This document shows, in pieces, positions 38,051 through 50,590 of a DNA stretch of 64,000 bases (position 1 is its first letter; every line of letters begins with the position of its first letter). The stretch spans positions 165,354,001 to 165,418,000 of the forward strand of contig OX597816.1 of the NCBI GenBank assembly GCA_951406725.2. The letters are read 5' to 3'. The stretch is from Octopus vulgaris. Taxonomy: Eukaryota. A program made the position numbers and the translations under genes. Below the pieces are notes generated by a model, which searched no databases, was not told the origin of the DNA, and saw only the letters and a list, made by a program, of their open reading frames with translations.

Positions 38051-38389
38051 TATCTCTACTGGCACTACATTCCTCTACGTAATATCTTTCTCATCTCTCA
38101 CACTCGCAGGCAATATTTCCTTCAGGTTTACAATGCAAATATTGGCAGATCCCACCCCTTCATGCCACATAAACACCCAGCCTTAACTGCTCAGGCCTCT
38201 ATTGTCAACAGCATTATATGTCTCTCCTATACTCTCCTGACATACTTTCTTTTGGTTATAGAAAGAAGCAAACCAAGGCCAATAAAAGTATCAGCTCCCG
38301 AAATGTTTTCCACCAATTCCACTGGAGTCGGCCTGTTAGTATCAGTCATCAATAACTATATCACTCATGTAACCTAACTTATCTACTAA

Positions 38390-38774
38390 CTAGCAGTATC
38401 GCCCGGCGTTGCTCAGGTTTGTAAGGGAAATAACTATAAAGCATTTTTAGAGAGTTATAGCCAAAAAATAGCAAAAAAATGGAAAAAAGTGATGGTAAAT
38501 TTTTTTTTGAGATTTAAATAAGGTAGAGTTGCGTCCCCTACATAGTTTGTGGTTCGTATTCCTGATTCTCGACCCCATGTCGAATTTATCGATTTTTTTC
38601 AGAACTGGGGGAACTTTTCAAAATTTTCGCTGCGTTAGTTTTGAATTATGACATTGGGCTATGTGTGTGTCAAGTTTCATCAGAATCGGTTGAAAGCCGT
38701 GGTCAGGGTGAGGGTACAAGCAAACAGACACACAGAAACACGCACAGACAAACTGCCGTTTATATAGAGAGAGA
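38390..38774 (-). mobile_element. Non-autonomous Helitron, both ends intact (385 bp)
   Basis: Minus strand: A|TCTCTCTCTATATAAA ... CCTGAGCAACGCCGGG hairpin, CGATACTG, CTAG|T. Inserted between A and T with no TSD. Confidence 0.85.
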
Positions 38775-39768
38775 TTCTATGATAACAAAATAACAAGCCA
38801 ATATCTCCAACACAATATTCTTTAAGCTGTTAACTTTTCAATTAATTTTGAAAATAATTAGGAAATTTATAAAAATAACATTTCGTATTATAATATTTGT
38901 TATTATTATCATTTGTTATTATGTTAATTTAAATCATTTTAGAACAGGAAGTTCATACTATAGAACCAGAAGTGGTCTCAGCTGGATTGGAAAAAGATGA
39001 TTCATTACTTTGGCACAACAGAGAAGATGTAGAACTGTGTTCCATTGTACACAAAAATAATTGATATTTCATAAGACTGTGTCATTTCTTGAGGTAGTTC
39101 AAGGAGTTCATTAACCAACCATTTAACTATTTTGTTACTATATTTCTGTTGAGATTCACTACTTGTAGTAGTTGAATTAATTTTGAAAATATGGAAGAAT
39201 TTAGAAAAATAAGCTTGTCATTAAGCCGGTGATTGGAACATCAATTGACAGAGTATTCTGAAGGAAGGGCTTATTTTAGGTCGCTTCTCATGTTAACCAT
39301 TTTGTTATTTTTGCTTCAACAATAAACTGCATTTGTTTCAATTAATTTTGAAAAATGAAAGAATATTCTAAAAATAATCACATCATTATTAAAATGGTGT
39401 TTTGAAGAAAACACGAGATTTTGGTAGAAGATTTTAATGCAGATAACTTTACAACTGGAAGCTTGTAAATTAAAACAAAGAGTGGACTCAGGTTGGTATC
39501 AAAAGGGTTAATGAGAAACTTCTAAACAGTGAAAGTAAATGTATCTATCTGATCATAAAGTTAGACATTGCCTCTTAATGTTACCAACTGCGCAAAAAAA
39601 AACCGAAATGCAGATTAGATTCCTACAAAGGTTTTATTATCTGTATCTGTGTTCTTTGAACTTATGTCATTTTTAAAAAATCTAAATTTAAACATGATTA
39701 ACAGATGAATGTATGTTTGACTTCTAAAGCTAACTACAAACATGCAAATAAATACAGAGGGTTTACAC

Positions 39769-40364
39769 AAGTAGTTCTCAACCAGAGTCCATATGACTCT
39801 TGGGGCGTCAATAATATAAGATTTTGTTAAAATTTATGAGCAAGAACCTGGTTATACTTCCACAATAAACAACATATTTTAACAATCTTTAAAATACAAT
39901 TCCCAATAATATTTAGTCATCATCATCGTCTAACATCTGTTTTCCATGCTGGCATGGGTTGGACGGTTTGACTGAGGTTTGGCGAACCAGATGGCTGCAT
40001 CAGGCTCCAATCTAATCTGGCAATGTTTCTACAGCTGGATGCCCGTCCTAATGCCAACCACTCTGAGAGTGTAGTGGGTGCTTTTTTACAGGCCTGGCAT
40101 TGATCATGTTCAAATGGTGCTTTTTATGCGCCACCGGCACAAGAGCCAGTCAAAGAGTACTGGCATCAACCACGTTCGGATGGAGCTTTTACGTGCCACC
40201 AGCACCATCGACCATGTTCAGATGGTGCTTTTTATGTGCCACCGGCACGGGAGACAGTCATTAAAATATAATAGGATTTTAAAACAGCAAATGGCTATAG
40301 AAGTCCAGTAGAGGAAGATAGGAATCAAAGGGGGTCATAGCTAAAAAACAGTTGAGTACTATTG
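39769..40364. mobile_element. hAT-like MITE split by an RTE 3' end (39918-40260, minus)
   Basis: Degenerate TIRs AAGTAGTTCTCAAC / GTTGAGTACTATTG; 8-bp flanks GTTTACAC and TTTTACAC; RTE insert flanked by AGTCAT. Confidence 0.6.
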
Positions 40365-41685
40365 TTTTACACTCTTAGACAAAACATAATTTTCCAAGAT
40401 TTGTTTGATCAACTGAATTACTGGCTTGTTGAATTAACATCTATGTGGCTAAGTTTGCCAAAGACGTGTATCCTAATATAATTCTCAGGTAGATTTACCT
40501 GACACAATGTGTGACAAGGCTGATGTTTCTATACAGTTTCCTTGTAAATTCATTTACAAGATATGAGTTGAACCAAGGTTCCAAAAAATGTCATTTGCCC
40601 AAGCAGATAACACAGTGGGACCAAACACTGGATCTCGTTGTAAAGTGAAGTTTTTAACCATTGGGGCATACTGCATCTATTTAACACTAGTAAAAAGATG
40701 AATAATGAACCAAAGTGCTTTAGGTCCTCTGTCAAATATTCTAGTCTTTACTCTTGCCCTGTTCTAAGGTAAATACTTCAGAGGTGGGTAGAAAAAGAGA
40801 CATGGATAGCACAGGATAAGAAAACTCGTACCACAAAAGCAGCAGTAATAAAAAAAAAAAAACATGTTTGGAGTAATGGAAAATGTATTATACAATGGCA
40901 GGCGTGGTACAGAGTGTATAACAAGAGAATTAATGCAGAAGGTGTAAGAGGAGTATTGTAGAGTATGTAAGAGGAGTTTATGCCAGACACAAGAGAAAGA
41001 TGACAACAGTGAAATAATAATCAAAAAAGAAGGATAAAAAATAAAAAAGTCAAAATGTAATTTGTTTCTGTTCTAACTCTTCCATCACAGAGAAGACAAT
41101 TACTAACTTCAACACAGAAGAGTTCTCCAATCTAACACTATTTTCTATTGTTTTTATCAGCGACTACATTTAAAAATGGAATATAATAATATTGATTGTG
41201 CCAAGAATGGTGCAACTAGCTAAAGAACTAAATCAATAGAAATAAAAGCGAAAAAGTGTGTACATGTGTGTGTGTGTGTGTGTGTGTGTGAGGAGTGTAT
41301 TATGAGTGTGTAGATATAGGTGTTTGTGCACGTGTCTACATTGCTTGGTGTGTGTGTATGTATGTGTGTCACTAAAACTGAGTATATGAGAGTGTGTTTA
41401 TCATGTTAAATGTATGTGTGTCTGTACTGCTCGGGATGTACATTGTATGTCGTGTGTCCTTCAAGTTAAAATAACGCGTGTGTTTATAGTGCTAGGCATA
41501 GGTGTGCTGTGCGTATGTGTCTGTAACTGTTACATTATACATACAGATAACACGTACTCTAGTATGTTTTACAAGTATGTATAATGTAACAATGTAAGTA
41601 TACAAACCTGAGAGTAAAAGAGTGTGTATGTGCATGCATTTGAATGCTAAGAATATGTATATATTGATGAGTGTATGTGTGTGTT

Positions 41686-42169
41686 GGTCTGGTGGTACGT
41701 AAAAAGCACTATCCGACTCGCGGCCGTGGCACGTAAAATACTCCAATGCGACCGTACGACAGGCACCCATGCCAACCCCCTTTGCTTGTGAAGACATGTT
41801 GGGGCAAGCGAAATCGAAATCGAATTGAACCAGCCAGGATCCCTGGTCTGGTGGTACGTAAAAAGCACTATCCGACTCGTGGCCGATGCCAGCACCGCCT
41901 CGACTGGCTTCCGTGCCGGTGGCACATAAAATACACCAATCTGACCGTGGCCGTTGCCAGCCCCGCCTGGCACCTGTGCAGGTGGCACGTAAAAAGCACC
42001 CACTACACTCACGGAGTGGTTGGCGTTAGGAAGGGCATCCAGCTGTAGAAATATTGCCAGATTAGACTGGAGCCTGGTGCAGCCTTCTGGCTTCCCAGAA
42101 CCCTGGTCGAACCGTCCAACCCATGCTAGCATGGAGAACGGACGTTAAACGATGATGATGATGATGATG
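41686..42169 (+). mobile_element. RTE-type LINE 3'UTR, long young copy
   Basis: Several GGTGG(C/T)ACGTAAAAAGCAC units, family core, (GAT)n tail. Confidence 0.85.
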
Positions 42170-42209
42170 ATATATAAATAAATAAATATAAATATATATA
42201 TATATATAT

Positions 42210-42444
42210 TTTATTTAAAAACAGCAGAAATTCAACAAAACCTGTTACTCAGAGTTTCACGTCCCCGTTTGTCGGACAGTTTTGTTAAAATTTTAACAAA
42301 ACTGTCCGACGAACGGGAACGTGAAACTCCAAGTAACAGGTTTTGTTGAATTTCTGCTGCTTTTAAATAAAGCATATTACTCTACCCCTGGTATCTGAGT
42401 ACTCTTTTTTTCCACCTTGTTTCACATTTATGTGTTTACTCTGG

Positions 42445-42448
<4 letters not shown>
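42210..42448. mobile_element. Palindromic Penelope-like terminus (81-bp arms plus tail) between (TA)n tracts
   Basis: 42210-42290 is the reverse complement of 42291-42371 with about 6 mismatches; unpaired tail to 42448. Confidence 0.7.
42295..42347 (+). ncRNA. Type-I minimal hammerhead-ribozyme-like motif (U4C core variant)
   Basis: Helix I AACAAAACTGT pairs with ACAG(G)TTTTGTT; core CCGACGA; stem II ACG-GGAA-CGT; GAAA; stem III CT-CCA-AG; GUA cleavage triplet ending at 42335. Confidence 0.6.
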
Positions 42449-42489
<41 letters not shown>

Positions 42490-42493
<4 letters not shown>

Positions 42494-42813
42494 TCCGTAA
42501 TAATGAAGGGTGAAATTAATTAATTTGGAATAATTATCAATTACACCAAGTAGTCTTCGGCATGTAAAAGCCTCATTCGAGGAAAATTTAAGTAATACTA
42601 AGCAATAAAGGGTTTGGCAACGAATTGCCTTACCACATACCGAATTTAGAAATAGCAGTCAAAGAGTTATAGCTATTTCTTCTACTAAAAAGGGAGATCT
42701 CAGTAAAATTGCTGTTTTTACTGAGATCTCCTTTTAGTAGAAGAAATAGCTATAACTCTTTGACTGCTATTTCTAAATTCGGTATGTGGTAAGGCAATTC
42801 GTTGCCAAACCCT
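42490..42813. mobile_element. Fold-back element with a ~98-bp near-perfect hairpin, between (TA)n tracts
   Basis: 42609-42708 pairs with 42716-42813 (only 2 bulged nt), 7-nt loop; unpaired extension 42490-42608. Confidence 0.7.
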
Positions 42814-42967
42814 ATATATATATATATATATATTAAGTCACTATGAGGATATTTAGACCTCTTATAGGGATATTTTGATCCAAGATACACTGGTTTAATA
42901 TATTGTATTTTGAAGCTATATTTCTTCAATGAATATATTATATAGAATATAAAATATCAAACATTAT

Positions 42968-43240
42968 TATTAAGTTTGAAATTAATTTGTATCGATTAGG
43001 ATACAGATTAATTTATTAATTAACATCATCACCTACAACAGTTTCATATCACAACCAACATTAAAACTACAAAAGATATATAAATATATAATTATGTGCA
43101 AGAATATCTATTTATGTTTTGTATTATATATTTATGTTTCACAGTTTTAATTTTGGGTGTGAAATGAAACAATTGTAAGTGACGATGTTAATTAATAAAT
43201 TTATTCGTATCCATTCAATCTCTCTGTTTTCAAACTTAAT
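42968..43240. repeat. Older, degenerate long inverted repeat
   Basis: ATTAAGTTTGAAA / TTTCAAACTTAAT ends and AATTTATTAATTAACATC / GATGTTAATTAATAAATT inner match. Confidence 0.7.
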
Positions 43241-43349
43241 ACATATGTGTGTGAGTGTATATATATAAATCAGTTGTAGGGTTCATTAGAATAAAGGTAT
43301 TTTGACATTCAGGACACCAGAAAAGGGTCAAATTTGACACATACATTAT

Positions 43350-43782
43350 ACTCTTACTCTTTACTCTCTTTTACTCATTTCTGTCATTTGACTGTGGCCA
43401 TGCTGGAGCACCACTTTTAGTCGATCGAGCAAATCGATCCCAGGACTTATTCTTTGTAAGCCTAGTACTTATTCTATGGGTCTCTTTTGCTGAATCGCTA
43501 AGTTATGGGGACGTAGCACACCAGCATCAGTTGTCAAGCAATGTTGGGGGGGACAAACACAGACACAAAAACATATATATATATATATATATACATATAT
43601 ACACACATATATATATATATATATACAATGGGCTTCTTTCAATTTCCACCTACCAAATCCACTCACAAGGCTTTGGTTGGCCCGAGGCTATAGTAAAAGA
43701 CATTTGCCCAAGGTGCCACGCAGTAGGACTGAACCTGGAACCATGTGGTTTGTAAGCAAGCTTCTTACCATAGAGCCACTCC
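43350..43782 (-). mobile_element. SINE family B, full length
   Basis: Tail visible as CTCTTTTA repeats; A and B boxes near 43730-43780. Confidence 0.85.
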
Positions 43783-45481
43783 ATATGTAGTGAACCATTA
43801 AACACATTTGTGTTCTTTTATGTGTGTGTGTGTATTTCCAAAACAGACACATATAATGCTAAGAATATGTTTCTGAATGTCTAATGCTCAAAGTGTGTAT
43901 GTGTGTTGGTGGGTGTGTCTATACTGCTTGAGACAGAATATTGATGAAACTTGCTATTGATGCAGAAAGTCAAGTCCTAGAATACTATGGAGTAGAATAG
44001 AGAAGAAACCAGCCTAAACAACACAGAGGAACAGAACAAGCTCACAGACATCAAAAAACCCATTCTTAATTGATAAAACGAACATATAATCGCAAAGAAG
44101 ATAAATGAAGAATTCAGCAGACGTTCAAGACAACTTTTGGAACACTGCTTCATTTCCTTACAAGACTAAAATAAAATTGAAATTGGAAAAAAAAAAACAA
44201 AAAAAAAACTACACCTCAACTAGTATCAAAATAAATTAATTATAGTGGCGAGAGTTTTACATCAAGTATTCTGAAGATGGCTAAGCTAGCCACTCATTCT
44301 AACTGTCTTTAGAAATGATATTATCTTAATATTCAGTTTACTTAGAAGAATTCCTCATTTTTTTTTTTTTTTTTGGTTTTTCATTCTCTTTTTCTCCCAG
44401 AAAATTTAGATAACGGAAGTCGATTCTCATTGATAAGTTGTCTACAGTAACAATAACAAACAAGCAAATTTAATACAAAACAATGCCAGGTCGTATAGTA
44501 CTACATCCAGATATTGAGAGAGAGAGAGAAATAAAGAAAGAAGCTCACAATAGTCTTTGGAAGAAAGTAGTGCTCGGGGAGGGGAGACGGATGGAAGAAC
44601 AATCAAGTCTTTGATTCTTTGAAAATTGCCTCAATGTTCGGCAATTTGCCAGATATTTCAGGCAATTTTAGAAGGAAAAAATGCCAATGGTTACATAATG
44701 GCCATGATTATGAAATGTGTGTATATGTATATAATCTATATATGTACATATAAATATCATACACAAGTGTGTGTGGTTACATATATATATATATATATAA
44801 ACTGTATCATCTCTATATAGTCTGTGTAAAAAAGAGATTACACAATACTAAGATAGGTGGTTGACTGTATTTTGATATTCGAAATAGATAATGATGATGA
44901 TGAGGATGAAATTAGGGAAATTTAACATAATGGTTGCTCACTGCTCAAGTTTCTCGCCTGAATTAACCTTCAGGTGAATTGGTTCGGGCAGGGAACTCAG
45001 GGCAGTGCAGCAAAAACAAACTGAATTACTCAAAATTTTAGTTCGTTGACCACCCCCACCACCAAAAAAAAGGAAAACAACTTTGATGTCGGCAGGATTT
45101 GAACTTAGAACACCAGTAGAAAAACCACAAGGCATTTTTTTTATTTCCCGACACTAACGATTCTACTATTCCACTACCCTATATGATGATGATGATGATA
45201 ATGATCATGTAATTCAACAGTAATAATAAAGACAAATTGATTGATTGATAGTAGATAATTTGATATTTGCTGAAAGCTGCAATGGCATTAATTATAGGTC
45301 AATTTAGTTGGTTTTTTTTATCTCCTTAGGGTAATTGGCCAATAAAGTCAGTGAGAAAGTGGGGGTGGGGGAGGATGGGAAGACTTCTGGTTGCATAACC
45401 AACCATTCTTAAAATTATGATAGAAATTCCTCCAAGAGTTGAACTGATGATCACATTTTAATGACTTACTGTACAATAAGG

Positions 45482-45858
45482 GTGCAGGTGTGGCTATGTA
45501 AGATGCTGCATGGATGGCACCAGGGTCAAATGAGGTATTCTATAGTTTGGGGCTGGCCAAAGCCTTGAGGGGATTTGACTGACAGAAACTGAAAAAAACC
45601 CATCGTGTGTGTGTGTGTATATATAAAGCACCATTTGAGCGTGGCCGTTGCCAGTACCACCTGACTGGCCCTCGTGCCGGTGGCACATAAAAGCACCCAC
45701 TACACTCTCGGAGTGTTTGGCTTTAGGAAGGGCATCCAGCTGTAGAAACCTTGCCAGATCAGATTGGAGCCTAGTGCAGCCATCTGATTCGCCAGACCTC
45801 AGTCAAATCATCCAACCCATGCTAGCATGGAAAGCGGACGTTAAACGATGATGATGAT
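45482..45858 (+). mobile_element. SINE B 5' half joined at its microsatellite to an RTE 3' end (45625-45858)
   Basis: SINE head, TG/TA tract, then RTE core and (GAT)n tail. Confidence 0.7.
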
Positions 45859-46289
45859 ATATAAACAGACACACACACACACACACAATGGACAAAACAT
45901 TCAATCAGACATCTACATAACATGCAGTTAGCTAGAAATAGCAGCCAATTCCCTCACATCGCACTTTATTATTTTGAAGGAGGGAAACAAGATATTGGTT
46001 CATGTTAAATACACTGTATCTGGAATCGAAAAAATAAGACAGGATGGACACAGCTGGAATGCCTATGAACAGAATGCTACATGATCAGGACCGATCTAGG
46101 CTTAGACCAAGCACCCAATGAAAGCATGAAACAAAGTTCTGCAACAAAGTCATTTGATATGAACCCACTTGAAACCTGTTCTGGTGTGTAAGATAAAAAC
46201 CCAGCTGTTTTTACAGATGTTTATAATGAAACCCAACCCAAACCTTCTTAATTTTACATAAAAACGAGGTCATTTTCTAAACATCAACT

Positions 46290-46803
46290 TGACCCTTTTG
46301 ATCTCAACCTGTCGGAGACCACTCCTGGTTCTCTGATACAAAAATTCTTGTCTTAAAGTAATCTAAATAGAAAAAAAAGCTTCCATCAAAATTTCATGTT
46401 ATGCTCTAAACGCTACACTAATGATGACAGAATCACTTAACTAAATTCTTCGTTATTCTCAAAATTAATTAAAATGAAAGCTGTGTATTTCAACAGGAAT
46501 ACGGTAACAAATGGTTGAAGTGATCTGAATGAAAGCCTTCCATTAAAATTTCATGCTAATATTCCAAACACCAGCTTAATCCTTTTCATACCAACCTGCC
46601 TGAGACCACCTTTCGTTCTATGAAGCAAGCTTTATGTTTTAAAGTGACCTAATTTAAAAATGGTCATCAAAATTTCATGTTAATTGATGTTCTAAGTATC
46701 AGCTTAATTATAACAAAGTTATTTAACTAAATTCATTATTTTCGAAATTAATTAAAATGAAAAGCTGTGCATTTCAAAAGAAGTATGGTAACAAAAGAGT
46801 TAA
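46290..46803. mobile_element. Tandem piggyBac-like MITE type 1 copies
   Basis: Reverse complements of 37380-37582. Confidence 0.65.
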
Positions 46804-47289
46804 TAATATTTAAGTTTATTTTACTAACATCCTTCAAATTCTTCAGAATCTCATTGGAAAAATGGAACAAATTAATTACAACATACATGTGGCCCAGTGT
46901 GTTGCACTCGTGAATATTAGATTGTGGGCTTGATTCCTGGGCAGGGAAATGTGTTCTTGAACAAAACACTTCATTTCGCGTTTCTCTGGTGCTGTATGGG
47001 AACCAGTATGATAAAGAATAGACCCAACATTTCCCATGCATGTCATAAAAAAGCAACTGAAAGAGGTTGAGTGAGGATTTGCACTTCAGCTTCATAAAAC
47101 TCTCACCAGCAATGACTACCCAAACAGACTGATGGGGTGGGAGGGTTGCCACCTGAGTGGTGCAAAGGGGTCATCCATCAGGAGTAGCTGGGAGTCACCA
47201 ACAAATGGTGAATGTAGCGACATGCTCTTAACAGCACATGCCTCCATACTAACACTGCTGCTACTACTACTACTATTACTAAAGGAGCA

Positions 47290-47612
47290 CTGCATCGGTT
47301 GCGATGACAAGGGTCCCAGCTGATACGACCAATGACCAATGGAACAGCTTGCTTATGAAATGAAAGTGCAAGTAGCTGAGCCTTCCACAGACACGTGTAC
47401 CCCTAAAGTAGTTCTCAGGGAGATTAAGCGTGACACAGTGTGACAAGGCTGAACCCTTGAAATACAGGTACTACTCATTTTTGCCAGCTGAGTGGACTAG
47501 AGCAACGTGAAATAAAGTGTCTTGCTCAAGGAGACAACGCGTCGCCAGGAATTGAACTCATGACCTTACAATTGCGAGTCCAATGCCCTAACCACTAAGC
47601 CATGCACTTTCA
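47290..47612 (-). mobile_element. tRNA-derived SINE family D2
   Basis: Reverse complement of 2203-2510. Confidence 0.75.
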
Positions 47613-49039
47613 CATTACTACTACTACTACAAAATACTAACGCTGTTTGTTTTTTAGACAGTAAATGATGCTGCTGCTCTCAATATACTACACTAATTAT
47701 TGCTGATGTCTTTTATATGTCCACACCAGAAATTTCATTTCCATTCTAATCATCACGCTTGTATGGTTGGATGGTTTGACAGGAGCTGGCAAGCCAGAGA
47801 GCTGCACCAGGCTCCACGATCTGTTCCCGCATGGCTTCTACAGCTGAGATGCCCTTCCTAAAGCCAACCACTTTACAGAGTATACTGGGTGCCTTTTATG
47901 TGGCACCGTCACCAACAGGGTCACCAAGTACCTTGCAAGACAAAGACCCCTCCCCCCTTAGCTGGGAGGAGGAAGCAGCAGGGAGGGTGAGGGAGGTGGA
48001 AACAGCGATTATACAGAGACATAGAGGAGATGTACTTGATTAGACTTAAATCAATTAAGCATCAATTACATGCTTAAATGATTTATTGTTGAAGTCAAAT
48101 ACTGGGTGTGGCAGAACCACGCCCCATATTTTATGCAGACATTAGACAGATGGTAATAGTGTCTACATGAGGCTAATGCTTCACCATTTTGTTTATTTTT
48201 ATAGTTAGTTTCATAGTTTGGACACTGCAGATCATGCATTTACTGTTAATGCATTCATCAGAAACAGTGACAAAGAGGGTTTTTTTTTTTTTTTTTTTTT
48301 TTGGCAACATCCTGTATTTCTCTCATTTTAAATTGGGAGAATACATGTTTCGAATCTTAATTGTTTGGGCATGTTACCACAATAGTCCACTGTTAGAAAT
48401 GCTAATAAAACACTTTTTTTTTTTCTTAAATAAATAATTTCCATACAACTGGTCTGTTTAAACAACTGACAAGAAACACTCAACAAAGAAACTTTATAAC
48501 ACAATGCTAACCCTAACCATTTTATGAGAAATTCCAAACTTACTATGATAAAAGGTGAACTGAAATATTTTTCTATATATACTTGTTTCAATCAGTGGGT
48601 TGTTGTCATGCTGGGGCACCACCTTGAAGGGTTATAGTTGAACAAACCAGCCCCAGTACATGTTTTTAAATCTAGCATTAACTCTATAAATCTCTTTTGC
48701 TGAGCTGCTAGGTAACAGGAGATGATACAGGAAAATCTCCAATTAAGGACCCTCATAAATTCAGGATTATTATGACCATTAAAGCATGAGCCCTCACCCA
48801 ACTGTTGCTCTCCAATCTAAAGGTGTATGCTTAAAGTCATTCACCTTAACCATTTTTGCTACAGTCACCCACGTTTTAACAAGTTCACTGGGTGGTAACA
48901 CTTTCCTTTCCACCCTCACTTTCATTTCAAATGGAACTTGTAGAAGTCGGTGAGGGCTTGAACAAAGAGGAAGGAGTCTTTCCACAATCTTTTCAACCAT
49001 GTCCACTACACAACCCCTTTTATTATAGCCACCAGACAG

Positions 49040-49073
<34 letters not shown>

Positions 49074-49094
49074 TGATAATAATAATAATAATCC

Positions 49095-49303
49095 CTTCGA
49101 CTATAGGCATAGGGCCTGAAATTTGGGGGAAAGGGATAGTCAGTTACATTGATGCCAGGGCAAATCTGGTGTTTATTTTATAGACCCCGAAAGGATGAAA
49201 GTCGAAGTTGACCTTGGCAGAATTTGAACTCAGAACATGGAGACAGAAGAAATGCCACTAAGCATTTTGTCCAGTGTGCCAACGATTCTGTTAGCTTGCC
49301 ACC
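49095..49303 (-). mobile_element. SINE family C between (AAT)n tracts
   Basis: Family motifs; (AAT)n at 49040-49092 and 49305-49362. Confidence 0.75.
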
Positions 49304-49329
49304 TTAATAATAATAAAATAATAATAATG

Positions 49330-49363
<34 letters not shown>

Positions 49364-49947
49364 TCATTATCATCATCATCCACAAGATCAAAGCAAACTG
49401 GAAGCCATGGCAGTTAGTCATTCTGTTCTCAAACAAATTTTGTGTCTGTACAAAGGAATAATATAACCTTGGGCCCTTGTCTGAAGTGAGCTTAGAGGTT
49501 TACTAACAGAGCTGAAGGGTTTAAAAGATTATGCAAGATTGAAAGAGGAGGAGGAGGAGAGAGAGAAAGAAAAAATGAGAGAGAGAAGGAAAGAAAGAGA
49601 GAGGGGGGTAAGATAGGAAGTGTTAAGTATAGATGATAGATGTTTTGATAGAGCAACACACATCATTTGTTTTAGTTTTTATCCATTTCAATATATACAC
49701 AACACACACAGACGTATGTGCATCTCAGCTGGAGAGAATCCTAGATAAACAAACATGAAAAAAAAAAAAAAAGCAACATTGTTACAACAGGTAGTTCAGT
49801 CAACCGAATTACTAAGCACACCTGGTAGAGTACAACTATATTTATATCTGTGAAGGAATAAAGTAGGTGTCACTAGTTGGTTAGTAATATGTTTATAGAA
49901 GTATACTATAAAAAAGTAGAAACACTGCTTTAATCATTTCTTCTATT

Positions 49948-49983
<36 letters not shown>

Positions 49984-49986
<3 letters not shown>

Positions 49987-50590
49987 GTACAGGACATCAC
50001 CAACTGTGTAAACAAGAAATACTTAGACAAATACGTAAACGAGACAAAAGAATGGAAAACAGGACAAGTAAACACAGAAAAAGGACCCTTCATCAGTTGT
50101 TGGCTGTCTATGTCCTCCTCATTTCAAGCATTCAAAGACAATATGAATCATCAAAGGGAATTGCTCCAATAAATTCTAAAATAGAATTTAGGATTCATGT
50201 AGGCTCAAAGTTGGGAACAAAAACAGGACAGTGGAGACATACTAGGAAACTGAATGAAAACTAACATGGAGGGTTGTCAGACCAGAATGAGAGGAAAATG
50301 GTGAATGCTGGGAGAAATATTATCTTTGGAAAGAGAAGAGATAGAAGAGAGAGTCCTTTGAATGTCTGTGCAGGAAAAGAAAGATGGACATGTGAGGAAA
50401 GGAAAGATGGATGATGGTCATGTGTGAGCAATGGGAAAGAGACAGAAAAAGAGAAAGAGAGGGAAAGAGAGACAGACAGATAGAAAACAGTGAAAGATGA
50501 AGGGGAGAAAAAGGAATTAGAGAAGGATGGAGGAAGAAAACAGCAAAGAGTAGAGTCGCATCAAAAAGGTGAAGGTAAATTTACTTGGAA
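49984..50590 (-). mobile_element. Probable Penelope-like remnant next to (TA)n
   Basis: Starts at a (TA)n tract; minus strand has CTGATGAAGGG and a degenerate TTGATGA...TGAAA; purine-rich body. Confidence 0.35.

Noticed and set aside
48845-49000. 52-codon minus-strand ORF MVEKIVERLL...AKMVK ending at AAG|GTGAAT, a possible first exon
   Set aside because: Phase 0 cannot join the phase-1 AHCYL exon, no intermediate exon was found, and I recognise no homology; it may be an old retroelement relic.
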